Of a stretch of DNA of 64,000 bases, positions 10,837 to 20,606 are shown piece by piece (position 1 is the stretch's first letter; each line of letters starts with the position of its first letter). Origin of the DNA: Candidatus Latescibacterota bacterium (GTDB lineage: Bacteria > Latescibacterota > UBA2968 > UBA8231); contig OZ242318.1 in assembly GCA_965208105.1 (NCBI GenBank), positions 3,136,001-3,200,000 of the forward strand, written 5' to 3'. Under the pieces are notes generated by a model. The model made no database searches. It saw only the letters and a list, made by a program, of their open reading frames with translations, and was not told the DNA's origin. A program made the translations under genes and the position numbers.

Positions 10837-11142
10837 GAGTTTCCGCCTTTATGGGAAGTGATGGAATTTACTGTTCACTCTGGTCACTTTGGGCCCTTGG
10901 GGCGTCGATATCCTCTCAGCTGTTCCAGCCTTATTGCAGGTCTGCACCGAGCGCAATACTTTGCGTTGCCGTGCGAGTGAGTTATATCCCTTCGGCAACG
11001 CAGACAGAAGCGAGGCTAGAACGGATTGACCATCAGAGATTTCATTGCTCCGGACCGCGACCCTCAGCGCGACGGGCAGTAAGGAGGTCCATCAAAACCG
11101 CCCTGCCGGAGCACTTCGAATGGGACATATGCATGCCTTTTT

Positions 11143-11489
11143 CTACCAATTCGCTTTGATCTGCCCCAGCTCACCATCGGCACCGCCGTTGGCGCTATTC
11201 AAGTCCAGATTGTGGGGCTCTCCTCGTCATGGAATGAGAGCGTATCGCCGGCTAGCTCGGAAGTGATTTCCATGAAGGGCATCAGGATACTACCCGTCTC
11301 CTCAATGTAATTCCGCATGTCGTCCTCGACTTGGGCCGCCATTTCCTGCAATTCATCCGGGCTGGCTTCCTCGCCGGTGAATACCCTGCCATCGAGAATC
11401 TCGACAGTGTAATGGAGCGCACTGCTGGTTTCATCTGGGGCAAATGAGACTCCACGGTTCTGGCGCTTGTGATACTGGCAGCGCTGCAC
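11143..11489 (-). pseudogene. Decayed lipocalin-like paralogue with C-terminal SWG(Q)IK motif
   Basis: Reads ...LAGDTLSFHDEESPTIWT*IAPTAVPMVSWG, then GQIKANW* after a 1-nt shift in a G run. Confidence 0.6.
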
Positions 11490-11800
11490 ACACCCTCAGC
11501 ATCCAATTGGTTTGTTTGACCGCGGACTCCAAACTGCATTGCTTCTGGAAAGCCCGGATACTTAGGTTGTTTCCCTATTCTTCGTCTATTTCGCCGCCCT
11601 TGCCTAACGGCAACATAATCCATTAAATAGGAAAAGAGACCAATAAGTGATAATCAATAGATGTTCCGTAGTATTTTGATGACATTTTGGAATTATCGGC
11701 CCATGCAGGGAATTTTGGTGCCATCAGGGTCCGGGTCCGGCCTGCCAGGGACAGCAGCTCGTGGCCGCATCGAGCCGGATCCTGAGACTCCCCAAGAGGA

Positions 11801-14212
11801 TTGAACGCGTTCAAAGGAGATAGAGAGTTGGAGAGAGCCGACCCGCGCGATCAGGAGTTGCAGGCGTTGCGGGAGCGCCTGGGCCGCCTGAGCGAGGCCA
11901 GCCTGCGCATCAACGAAAACCTCGACTTCAACACCGTGCTGAAGGGGGTCCTGGACTCCGCCCGGTCGCTGACGGGAGCCTGCTACGGGGTGATGGTGCT
12001 CCTCGACGCTTCGGGTCGTCCACGGGAGTTCCTCTCGTCGGGGATGACGGACGAGGAGACCCGGCAGGTCTGGACCCTGCCCGGCAGGATGAGGTACTTC
12101 GAGTACCTCGGAAGCATCACAGCCCCCCTGAGGCTCCGGGACCTGCTCGGCCACTTCCGCTCGTTGGGCCTTCCGGAGTTCCGCCCGCCCATGCCGATGT
12201 CCGTCCTCGCTTTTCTCGGAGCACCGATCTTCCACCGGGACGAGCAGGTCGGGCTCATCTTCCTGGGAGCGAAGGAAGCGGGCGAGGAGTTCACCGGTGA
12301 TGACGAGGAGACCCTGGTCCTGTTCGCGTCACAGGCAGCTCTGGTCATAGCTAATTCCCGCAGATACAGGCAAGAACTACGGGCCAGAACCGACCTGGAG
12401 ACCCTGATAGATACCTCCCCGATTGGGGTGGCGGTAATCGACGCGAGGACGGGAGTCCCAAGGTTGTTCAACCAGGAGGTGAGAAGGATCATCGACCGCC
12501 TGCGGCAGCCGGACCAATCGCTGGAGCAACTCCTCCAGGTCCTGGCCATCCGGCGCGCCGACGGGCAGGAGATTTCCCTGGAAGAGATCTCCCTCAACCA
12601 CCTGCTGAGCATCGGGGAGACTGTGGTAGCCGAGCAGGTCGTCCTTCAGGTGCCCGACGGAGGTAAAGTCACCGCCCTGGTCAATGGGAGGCCCGTCCCC
12701 TCGGAGGACGGCAAAGTCAAGTCCTATGTCGTAACCCTGCAGGACATGGCCCCGCTGCAGGATCTGGAACGGCTTCAGGTCGAGTTCCTGAGCATGGTCA
12801 GCCACGATCTGCGGGTGCCGATTACCTCGATCAGAGGTTCGGCGACCGCCCTGCTGGACGCCTTCTCCGACCTGGAACCGGTCGTGATGAAGCAGTTCTT
12901 CCAGATCATCATCGAGCAGTCCGACAGCATGCTCGAATTGATTGGCGATCTGCTCGACATGGCGCGCATCAAGGCCGGCACGCTGCAGGTAACCCCCGAA
13001 CCTGCCGAGATCGCCAGCGTGGTAGAGCGGGCCCGAATCACCTTCCTGAGCGCAAGGAGGAGGAACAACCTCCACATCGACCTGGCGCCGGATCTCCCCT
13101 TGGTGATGGCGGACAGGCGGCGCATCGTTCAGGTCATCGGCAACCTGCTGTCCAACGCGGCCAGGCACTCGCCGGAGTCGTCTCCCATCCGGGTAACCGC
13201 CGTGCAGGAGGACGTCCATGTCGAGGTCGCGGTGGTAGACGAGGGCAGGGGCATATCAGCAGAGCAATTGCCGCACCTTTTCGTGGGGTTCTCCCGCACC
13301 GACGGCGAAGACGGTGCGCGGCAGATCGGTGGGTCAGGCCTTGCCATCTGCAAGGGGATAGTGGAAGCCCATGGAGGCCGCATCCGGGCCGAGAGCGAAG
13401 GTCCGGGCAGGGGAGCCCGGTTTACCTTCACGATTCCGTCGGTCGAAGAGTCCGCTAGCGGAGATCCTCCCGGTCCTCCACGCGCTCGCGGCAGGAGGCA
13501 GGAGAGGGGAAAGGGGGGCCCTCAGCCCATCCTCGTGGTTGATGATGACCCACAGACGCTCACGTACGTGCGGGAAGCGCTCTCGGAGGTGGGCTTCAAG
13601 CCAATAGTGACCGCCGACCCGGAGCAGGTGCCCGTCCTCATGCAGGAGCACAGGCCCCTGTTGGTTCTGCTCGACCTCGTCCTGCCCGGCACCGACGGCA
13701 TCGAGCTGATGAGAGACCTCCTCGGCATGGCAGATGTGCCCGTCGTCTTCCTGTCTGCCTACGGCAGCGACCAGGTGATTTCTCGGGCCCTCGAGATGGG
13801 GGCCACCGATTACATCGTCAAGCCCTTCTCGCCGACGGAACTGGTGGCCCGGGTCCGGGCGGCCCTGCGCCAGGGGGTGGCCTTGACCAGGCCGACCGAC
13901 CCGTATGTGCTGGGCGAGCTGACCGTCGACTACACGGAACGTCGCGTCACCGTGGCGGGCCGTACGATAAAGTTGACCGCAGCCGAGTACGGCCTGCTCT
14001 TCGAGCTTTCGATCAACGCCGGAAAGGTCGTCAGCCACGACCGGTTGCTGCGCAGGGTGTTGGGGCCCAAGCCTTCCACAGACGTGCGGTCGCTGCGAAC
14101 TCTGGTCAGGAGACTCCGAGGCAAGCTCTCAGACGCCGCGGACGACCCCACCTATCTCTTTGCCGAACGGGGCGTCGGCTACCGGATGCCGAAGGGACAG
14201 GAACCGGGGTGA
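11801..14212 (+). CDS. Hybrid sensor kinase / response regulator: GAF-PAS-HisKA-HATPase-REC-OmpR wHTH
   Basis: SHDLRVP H-box, NLLSNA N-box, DEGRGI, GSGLAIC, ILVVDDD/LLDL/KPFS receiver, ERGVGYR winged helix. Confidence 0.9.
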   Translation: MNAFKGDRELERADPRDQELQALRERLGRLSEASLRINENLDFNTVLKGVLDSARSLTGACYGVMVLLDASGRPREFLSSGMTDEETRQVWTLPGRMRYFEYLGSITAPLRLRDLLGHFRSLGLPEFRPPMPMSVLAFLGAPIFHRDEQVGLIFLGAKEAGEEFTGDDEETLVLFASQAALVIANSRRYRQELRARTDLETLIDTSPIGVAVIDARTGVPRLFNQEVRRIIDRLRQPDQSLEQLLQVLAIRRADGQEISLEEISLNHLLSIGETVVAEQVVLQVPDGGKVTALVNGRPVPSEDGKVKSYVVTLQDMAPLQDLERLQVEFLSMVSHDLRVPITSIRGSATALLDAFSDLEPVVMKQFFQIIIEQSDSMLELIGDLLDMARIKAGTLQVTPEPAEIASVVERARITFLSARRRNNLHIDLAPDLPLVMADRRRIVQVIGNLLSNAARHSPESSPIRVTAVQEDVHVEVAVVDEGRGISAEQLPHLFVGFSRTDGEDGARQIGGSGLAICKGIVEAHGGRIRAESEGPGRGARFTFTIPSVEESASGDPPGPPRARGRRQERGKGGPQPILVVDDDPQTLTYVREALSEVGFKPIVTADPEQVPVLMQEHRPLLVLLDLVLPGTDGIELMRDLLGMADVPVVFLSAYGSDQVISRALEMGATDYIVKPFSPTELVARVRAALRQGVALTRPTDPYVLGELTVDYTERRVTVAGRTIKLTAAEYGLLFELSINAGKVVSHDRLLRRVLGPKPSTDVRSLRTLVRRLRGKLSDAADDPTYLFAERGVGYRMPKGQEPG

Positions 14213-14224
14213 CCGGAGGTGCCG

Positions 14225-14660
14225 GTTGGACAAAAGGTTGATCTCCATGGACGCCAAGGGCCGATGGAGGGACAACGTCTTCATCGAGCGATTGTGGCGC
14301 TCTCTCAAATACGAGTGCGTTTATCTGCACGAAGTGGAGGATGGGCGTCAGGAGAGGTGGACCATCGCGAACTGGCTGCAGTATTATAACGAAGATCAAC
14401 CTCATTCCAGCCTGGTGGGGAACCGAACGCCGATGGAGTCCTAAACAGGGCGCAAAGCGGCATGAACACGGAAGAAACGCTGTGGACCCTTGCCCAAGGC
14501 AGGGGATGGCCTATCCCGTCAACCAGCAAAACGGCCATCCTGCCAGGTCGGAAAGGAGATCTCAGAGAATCCAGAAAAAAGAAGGACAGGGCAGCAAATC
14601 AACCACAAGGAATCCACCTTGATCAGGCTGCCAGGATGTCCAAAGAATGGGGTCCATCTG
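14225..14660 (+). mobile_element. IS3-family 3' remnant (orfB C-terminus and right end)
   Basis: ISMDAKGRWRDNVFIERLWRSLKYECVYL...YN..PHSSL; TGTCCAAAGAATGGGGTCCA resembles an IS3 IRR. Confidence 0.8.
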
Positions 14661-14755
14661 CTGGCGAAATTCGGGGGGATAGGGAATACGTGATTTAGGC
14701 ATGGGGGCTCCTTTTCATCAAGTGATAAGGTACCCACCAAACCGGGTCAACTCCA
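14655..14755 (-). mobile_element. IS3-family left-end remnant, inverted copy of 1111-1211
   Basis: Near-identical reverse complement of 1111-1211. Confidence 0.8.
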
Positions 14756-14765
14756 CAACTCCATT

Positions 14766-15971
14766 CTATCGCAGGTTAAATTCTGCGATGAGCGCGGGAC
14801 GGGAGGATAACAGGTGCTCTAAATGGCTTTCAGGCCACATTTCGATCCGGGGAGAAGCACCCGTTGCATTGTGCCTCTCAATCCATTCAACCGCATTGAG
14901 GCTAAAACGACCACTCGTTGCAATTATTAGGACATCGACTCGTGGATTAGCCCACAGCGACATGTTCTCCTTAGCTGATCCGATGTCTCGTACACCTACA
15001 CTTTTTGATTGCCAATGCTTGCATTGAATGACTACCCTATGACGGATGGTTCCAGAGAGGGCGTCGCTCATGGTCCGCGTTACAGACAGATCACGACCAC
15101 GATCTGGAGCGCGCGTCGTCATTAGCCACTCGGGGTTTTCGTATCCGGATTCATTACTGATGAGAACGAATAGAAGACGTTCAAATTCCGCATCATCCAG
15201 CGAGGACCATTTAAGCTTTGTAGCTATAGATCCGCTGGGCTTTGTGGTCGCCACCTCGTCTAGGTCTTTGATCCCTACAGGAATAGGTTCGTCCGCGCCG
15301 AAAATCCGTTGTTCGAGTGCTGACTTGATGGATGGCCAGTCACGCCTTTCAACATCCTCAAGGTCTTGAAGTGTACCCATTTTGACTTTGTCCAACATAT
15401 CGGTCCAGCGAGGTGGCTTTGGAACGCTGCTGCCAAGCAGCACCTCTATTTCGGTGATGTGTCTCCGGATGTCAACCCAAAGTTCGGATTCCAACCGAAG
15501 GCCTGGATCTCTCTCGTTGGCTTTTTTTCTTAGGTCTCGAATGTCAAAGTCTACTTCGTCAATCAGCTTGACCAATGGACCTCGAATCAGAGCCCGGCGC
15601 TTATTATTGAATCGGAAACGATAATCTTGGATCTCCTCGCCTGGCTGAACAAAGGTATCTTCGGTCTCGAAGGTTATTGCTGGCTCGTCTAATTCCCAGG
15701 CATCCATACGGTTTTGGGCAATCTCATTCAACGTGAAAGGGGAGGATTTAGGTTTCCAGCCGTCGATCATAGGTAAGGCACCCAGTAGTAAAGAATAGGC
15801 GCGAATCTTATCGTTATAGTCTGGATCATCGCCATAGACGATGCCGACAGGAATGTGGCTTTCCAGTTCTGACCAGAGGCGTTCAAGTTTTGCAATATTG
15901 GCCTCTGTGGCCTCGAATTTCTCAAGCGCACACATTAAAGGACTTTTCGAATCATGATCTTCTGCTGGCAT
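14766..15971 (-). CDS. Mrr-family (type IV-like) restriction endonuclease domain protein
   Basis: C-terminal FERLLFVLI...DRGRD...VIQCKHW...IIATSGRFS (PD-QxK Mrr_cat); long helical N-terminus of unknown function. Confidence 0.8.
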   Translation of the reverse strand: MPAEDHDSKSPLMCALEKFEATEANIAKLERLWSELESHIPVGIVYGDDPDYNDKIRAYSLLLGALPMIDGWKPKSSPFTLNEIAQNRMDAWELDEPAITFETEDTFVQPGEEIQDYRFRFNNKRRALIRGPLVKLIDEVDFDIRDLRKKANERDPGLRLESELWVDIRRHITEIEVLLGSSVPKPPRWTDMLDKVKMGTLQDLEDVERRDWPSIKSALEQRIFGADEPIPVGIKDLDEVATTKPSGSIATKLKWSSLDDAEFERLLFVLISNESGYENPEWLMTTRAPDRGRDLSVTRTMSDALSGTIRHRVVIQCKHWQSKSVGVRDIGSAKENMSLWANPRVDVLIIATSGRFSLNAVEWIERHNATGASPRIEMWPESHLEHLLSSRPALIAEFNLR

Positions 15972-16141
15972 ATGTGCCTTCTGGGATTAAAATTGCACTT
16001 GTATGCATGGGTGCAAAGCCCAGCCTCGTGTCTGTCTCTGATGTTTAAGTGATATTGTCGAATCAAGGTTAAGCGTAAATGTCAAACAGAAAATATCCAA
16101 GAGTTGTCAGCCTTTGCATCTTGGACGCGAGGCGCAGCTAT

Positions 16142-16978
16142 TCACCTTTCGGATTTGATCTCTCCCCAGCTTGTTCGCTCAACAGCAGTAGGGCTGTTGC
16201 CCTCGAGCACCATGCGGAATCCGAATGATCCCATGGTAAAATCTGCGCTTGCGCTCATCCGGTAGGCAGACCTGGTATACCAGGGATGAGTGGGCCACTC
16301 AACAAGAGAATGATACTTGCCATCATCTCCGCCGCGCAGCATGACTCTGCCTCCCGGCTGGGGCCGATATGGACTTGTCGGATCCGTCTCGGGCCGATCG
16401 GCATAGAATCGCACCGCGTCGCTGGTGAACTCCCATGCTCCGCCTGCCATATTGTATAATCCCCATGGATTGGGCCCGGGTCTGCGCTCTTTCCAGGCAT
16501 CGCCAAACCACCACAAGGTAGCGGTCCCTGCCCGCGCGGCGTATTCCCATTCGGCTTCCGAGGGCAGACGAAAAGTCTGGCCGGATCGAGCATTCAGGCG
16601 GCTCAAGTATTCCTGGATAGCGAAAATAGTTATATCCGTCATAAGAGCCCAGGGCGCTCTTTCTTCTCTGCCCGGGTCCATTACGGCAAACCACTGACCC
16701 CTGTTCACTTCTCTCGTGCCCAGATAGAAGCCTTTGCTGATCGTCACTGGATGCTGCGGAAATTCTCTGGAGTAGGGAATTCTGTTGGCACTGAACTCTG
16801 ACCACCTGCTGTTTTCTTCGTCCCACGCCTCTTTCCATGCTGCGGACGTTCCCATGAGAAATGCGCCGGGTTCTATCCAAGCGAATTCCATGGATTCGCC
16901 CCCGGGAAGAGCAACGGTGATTTCTTGTGCGTGAGCCCGGGAGGACCACGCCAACACAAGACACAAGAGTACAGGCAT
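16142..16978 (-). CDS. Formylglycine-generating enzyme (SUMF1/FGE-sulfatase) family secreted protein
   Basis: IEPGAFLMG, FRLPSEAEWEYAARAG, PNPWGLYNMAG, RGG, FGFR; ends PTAVERTSWGEIKSER. Confidence 0.9.
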   Translation of the reverse strand: MPVLLCLVLAWSSRAHAQEITVALPGGESMEFAWIEPGAFLMGTSAAWKEAWDEENSRWSEFSANRIPYSREFPQHPVTISKGFYLGTREVNRGQWFAVMDPGREERAPWALMTDITIFAIQEYLSRLNARSGQTFRLPSEAEWEYAARAGTATLWWFGDAWKERRPGPNPWGLYNMAGGAWEFTSDAVRFYADRPETDPTSPYRPQPGGRVMLRGGDDGKYHSLVEWPTHPWYTRSAYRMSASADFTMGSFGFRMVLEGNSPTAVERTSWGEIKSER

Positions 16979-17030
16979 AAAAATAGCGGAACAGGGAACT
17001 GAATCCCCGCTCCGCTTCTTGGTCTCCTCT

Positions 17031-18128
17031 CTAGGTGAGCGCGTCCTTCACCTTGCCCAGGTAAACCAACTGTTCTGAGTTGGTGATTTCTCTGAGGGTT
17101 GGGTCGGTGTTGCCGCCCCCGGTAGGCCATTTTGTCCACAGCGAGAAGCTGTCTTGCCATGGATCCTGGCCGCGGTCCGGATCGAGGCAATTCTCGATGC
17201 TGCCCTTGATCCGGCCGCTTCTGGCGCTGATGTGGTCCTCGTGATCAGGATCGATCTTGGTGCGCCTGCCTTGCTGAATTGCAAAGAAGTACTTGCGGCT
17301 TCCCTGTTCCGCTGCCCGGGCGTTTCTCACCGAATCGGTGTATCCGTGAGTGTCCCAGGTGGCAATTTCCCGGACCGCGTTGTCGGCCGTCACCTTGTGC
17401 GTGTTGATGCAGTACTCTGCCGCGGTGTGATTGTGCCCGGCTTCCTGGGCCGGATAGATGATGAGCGCCTTGGATCCCAGCTTGCCGGCCAGAATGTTGA
17501 CCATGCGAGCCTGGGCTTCAACCTGGAAATCCACGAAGTGCTTGTAGAGCCGCTTTACGGAATCGTAGGCGGAGCTCCTGTAGGGATTCTCCTTCGCTCT
17601 GCCTTCGTTTTTGTAGGCGTCTCTGGCATGCGTCTTGGCGATGTTATCCAGCCAATACCGCCATTCGGACAGATGGTTGTCCTGCACGTCCCGGTAGTCC
17701 GTGGCGGCATTTTCTTCGGCATACTCCTCCCACTTGCTGCCCTCTTTGAAGAGGCGGGGCCGGTATTCATGGTTCCAGCGCAATCCCTTGAAGCGGGAAC
17801 CGTAGCGGTCCTCCACGTCTTCAATCAACGCATCCCAGCCGTTGTAGAAAGCATGGGAAGGATTGTCGTACCATGGATCCCGGTCTATGGAGCCTCTTGC
17901 CTTGCTGCTGCTGTTGCTTCCGCACTGGGACTCCCCGATAAGATTAAGCGAGAGAACGAAATCCATATCGGGGCTGAAGTACTCGTCTGGCGCCCTCAGA
18001 TCATCGCTGACGTCAGACAGCCTGCTGTTCGAGAACATGTTCCTGAGCTGCATCGTGTCGAATCCATACGCGCTTGCATCCTTGATGTTTAAGGTCGTCA
18101 GGATGCTACGACCATAGATCAACTTCAT
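17031..18128 (-). CDS. Hypothetical protein
   Basis: 365-aa ORF with GGAGG RBS and natural composition; no family recognised. Confidence 0.6.
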   Translation of the reverse strand: MKLIYGRSILTTLNIKDASAYGFDTMQLRNMFSNSRLSDVSDDLRAPDEYFSPDMDFVLSLNLIGESQCGSNSSSKARGSIDRDPWYDNPSHAFYNGWDALIEDVEDRYGSRFKGLRWNHEYRPRLFKEGSKWEEYAEENAATDYRDVQDNHLSEWRYWLDNIAKTHARDAYKNEGRAKENPYRSSAYDSVKRLYKHFVDFQVEAQARMVNILAGKLGSKALIIYPAQEAGHNHTAAEYCINTHKVTADNAVREIATWDTHGYTDSVRNARAAEQGSRKYFFAIQQGRRTKIDPDHEDHISARSGRIKGSIENCLDPDRGQDPWQDSFSLWTKWPTGGGNTDPTLREITNSEQLVYLGKVKDALT

Positions 18129-18312
18129 TACTGCCTCCCATAAATGAGGGTTTAGGTGTGAAATCTTCCTCTTGCTCTTCGTGCGCTTAACTTACCACTC
18201 ACTTCGAGTTGTTGCGCTTTTCCAGAAGTGAGAATAGCCTGCTGACATTGAAGGCGAATAATGGGAGCCAATAATGAGATGTTGGCCTGCCGCGCCGTAC
18301 TGAAGATGTGGA

Positions 18313-19446
18313 TTACTTCATGGCACCTCCTTGTTTGCAGAACAGAACATATGAGTAGCGCCACGGAACGCAAGCATCATACTGACGGGTTTTGAAATTT
18401 TCTTTAACTGCGCCCCAGCCTGCCCGCTGAATGGGCGTGGCTATGCCCACATGAGGGCCATCGCGCTCTACATCCAGAAATCTCAGGGATCTCTGGTCCC
18501 ATGATGGAGCCCACCAAACCGCGATTTTGTCTCCCCTGGGGCTCCACTTGGGCAAGGCATACCGGGTTCCCGTCTCCAGATAGGACAGGCTGATTCCCGG
18601 CTCGGCCGGGCTTTCGAGGTCCAATACGGCCAGACTGCCAAAGCACTCGAACACCAGAAAGCGGCAATCCGGCGACCAGGAAGGACGTCCGCATGGATGA
18701 TAGTCCAGGACCTGATTGAGAGTGCCCGTCTTTGCTCCTATGGTGTATATTCCCGGCGCCGGCTGTGTCACGCCCTCGCCCTCGCTCAGGGAGGTGGTGG
18801 AGAAGGCCATGAGATTGTTGGCCGGGCAATACTCGCCCACGGCCCGGTAGTTCGAAGTGCCGCTGCTGCCATCCAGGCGGAGCATGTTGTAATATGTACG
18901 GTGGGTTTGAATCAGGCCGTGGAAATAGCTGAAGATGATGCCCGGCTCGATCCACGCATAGATGCGTATATGATCGTGGTCGTAGGCATGGAATTCCTGT
19001 CGCAGAGTGGTGCCGTCGGGATGCATGGTGAAGATGGTCGATTCTGAGTATTTCGTGGTATCGGAAGACGGGTAGGACTGATTGAAGGCCAGAGCCAGGC
19101 GGTCCGCCGCGGGCGACCAGTGGGCGCAGGGCCCATGCCAGCCTTCGGCCCTGAAAATGGAACGCTCGCCGCTGCCATCGGCATTATAGATGAATAGCTC
19201 GCTGTGATCGTCCTCGTATTCCATCAGGGCGATATGGCTTCCTGCGGGGCTCCACTTGGCGCAGCCGCTGCGGTCGAATTCATGGCCGGGCCTCATGGGG
19301 TCCAGATAGAGAATCTGCGGAAACCCGTCCCTGTGCACCAGAACGGCATCTCCCGAGGGCGCCCAGGAAATAGCCCAGGCCGGAACTCCTGCCATGACTA
19401 GCAGAACAGCTGCGATATTTCTCATTATTGCTGGATGACGGCCCAT
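18313..19446 (-). CDS. TolB-like (PD40) beta-propeller secreted protein
   Basis: Signal peptide from MRNIAAV (19425); repeated WSP.G motifs; TPIQRAGWGAVKENF near the C-terminus. Confidence 0.8.
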   Translation of the reverse strand: MGRHPAIMRNIAAVLLVMAGVPAWAISWAPSGDAVLVHRDGFPQILYLDPMRPGHEFDRSGCAKWSPAGSHIALMEYEDDHSELFIYNADGSGERSIFRAEGWHGPCAHWSPAADRLALAFNQSYPSSDTTKYSESTIFTMHPDGTTLRQEFHAYDHDHIRIYAWIEPGIIFSYFHGLIQTHRTYYNMLRLDGSSGTSNYRAVGEYCPANNLMAFSTTSLSEGEGVTQPAPGIYTIGAKTGTLNQVLDYHPCGRPSWSPDCRFLVFECFGSLAVLDLESPAEPGISLSYLETGTRYALPKWSPRGDKIAVWWAPSWDQRSLRFLDVERDGPHVGIATPIQRAGWGAVKENFKTRQYDACVPWRYSYVLFCKQGGAMK

Positions 19447-19541
19447 GGATTTATGGATCAGTCCTTTCCTGGTGTTCGGCTGACCCTCGGCACCTATTTA
19501 ATGTAGCAGTTATCATCTAAAAAGAACAGAGCGCCCAGGTC

Positions 19542-20606
19542 TCACGTTAAGTGCGGGACATGCTCAGAAGCTTGACGAGGCCTTTCACCTGATAGATTTC
19601 CACCTCGCGAGCCATTGCTGTTTCCACTTTGTTCGAGTTGTGATTCGGGCCTGAAATTTTGGGATTGAATTGTTCCGGTGCCAAGAATAACCCCCTTATC
19701 CATGAATTTGTCCCTGAATCTCGACACATCAACCCTGATCCCTACGAGCATCTGGCCCTGAGGTAGTGTTCCTGGATTTCCCTGCGGATCGAGAGACGGA
19801 ACTTGACCCGACAAAAAGCACACCACCGTAGCTTCCGATAGAAGCTTCTGCCCCCACGGGGTTTCAGTAGCATTATTTACCAAAACCATGGCCTGCTCAA
19901 AGTCGGAGGACAGGAGTTTGCCTATGAAAGAAACGGTGAGGCCCCTGGCAATGGGGGGGTTGAGCCACACGCTGCCCTGCCACTCCTTTTCAAGTCCCCT
20001 GTCTTCCTTCGTGTAGTAATTGTTCGCCTTGATGGTTTCCTGGGCCACCTCGGAAGAAGCAGGATCCAGATCTATGTTGCCCATGACATAACGTGCGCCC
20101 TCAATGATATCTGGCGGAGTATACCATTCGTTCTCTCCGGAATTGGATGGCGCACGAGCTCTCCCTGCCTTCTTCTCCGGGTCTGATCTTCGGGCCTCCC
20201 GCAACAATCCGGCCTGCGTTATTTCATCGCCGCCCTCCTTCTTCTCCGCAATGTGGCGTTCGAATTCCTCTTTGGGGATGCTGGCAATCTTTTCGAGGCG
20301 ATGGGCCTGTGGAATGCTGATTCCGGCCTCTCTTATCTGGATGGCCTTGAAACTCTTATCATCATGAGAAGAGTTTTTTTGCGGTCTCCCTCCCCCCGAT
20401 TTCTCCATAGCCGCGGTGATTTCGCCGATGCGCCGGTCTATCCTCACCTTGGCCTCGGCAAGTTCGTTTTGGGCCTCGTGCAGGCCGGAGCGTTTAGCGT
20501 AGAGCTGCCCCGCTTCCACCTTTCTCTGGACATCCAGAAGCTCATTGAGGTCGTCGGCCTTGGCGAGGAAGCTTCTTACTGCATCCAGGGTAATTATTTT
20601 TGACAT
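19542..20606 (-). CDS. Phage-type DNA N6-adenine methyltransferase (variant motif NPPI)
   Basis: NEWYTPP, IDLDPASS, VWLNPP; GAAGGAG RBS before MSKII; phage-like helical N-terminus. Confidence 0.8.
   Translation of the reverse strand: MSKIITLDAVRSFLAKADDLNELLDVQRKVEAGQLYAKRSGLHEAQNELAEAKVRIDRRIGEITAAMEKSGGGRPQKNSSHDDKSFKAIQIREAGISIPQAHRLEKIASIPKEEFERHIAEKKEGGDEITQAGLLREARRSDPEKKAGRARAPSNSGENEWYTPPDIIEGARYVMGNIDLDPASSEVAQETIKANNYYTKEDRGLEKEWQGSVWLNPPIARGLTVSFIGKLLSSDFEQAMVLVNNATETPWGQKLLSEATVVCFLSGQVPSLDPQGNPGTLPQGQMLVGIRVDVSRFRDKFMDKGVILGTGTIQSQNFRPESQLEQSGNSNGSRGGNLSGERPRQASEHVPHLT

Noticed and set aside
11199-11201. In-frame TGA as selenocysteine
   Set aside because: Position corresponds to Arg in paralogues (likely CGA to TGA) and a frameshift follows; pseudogene
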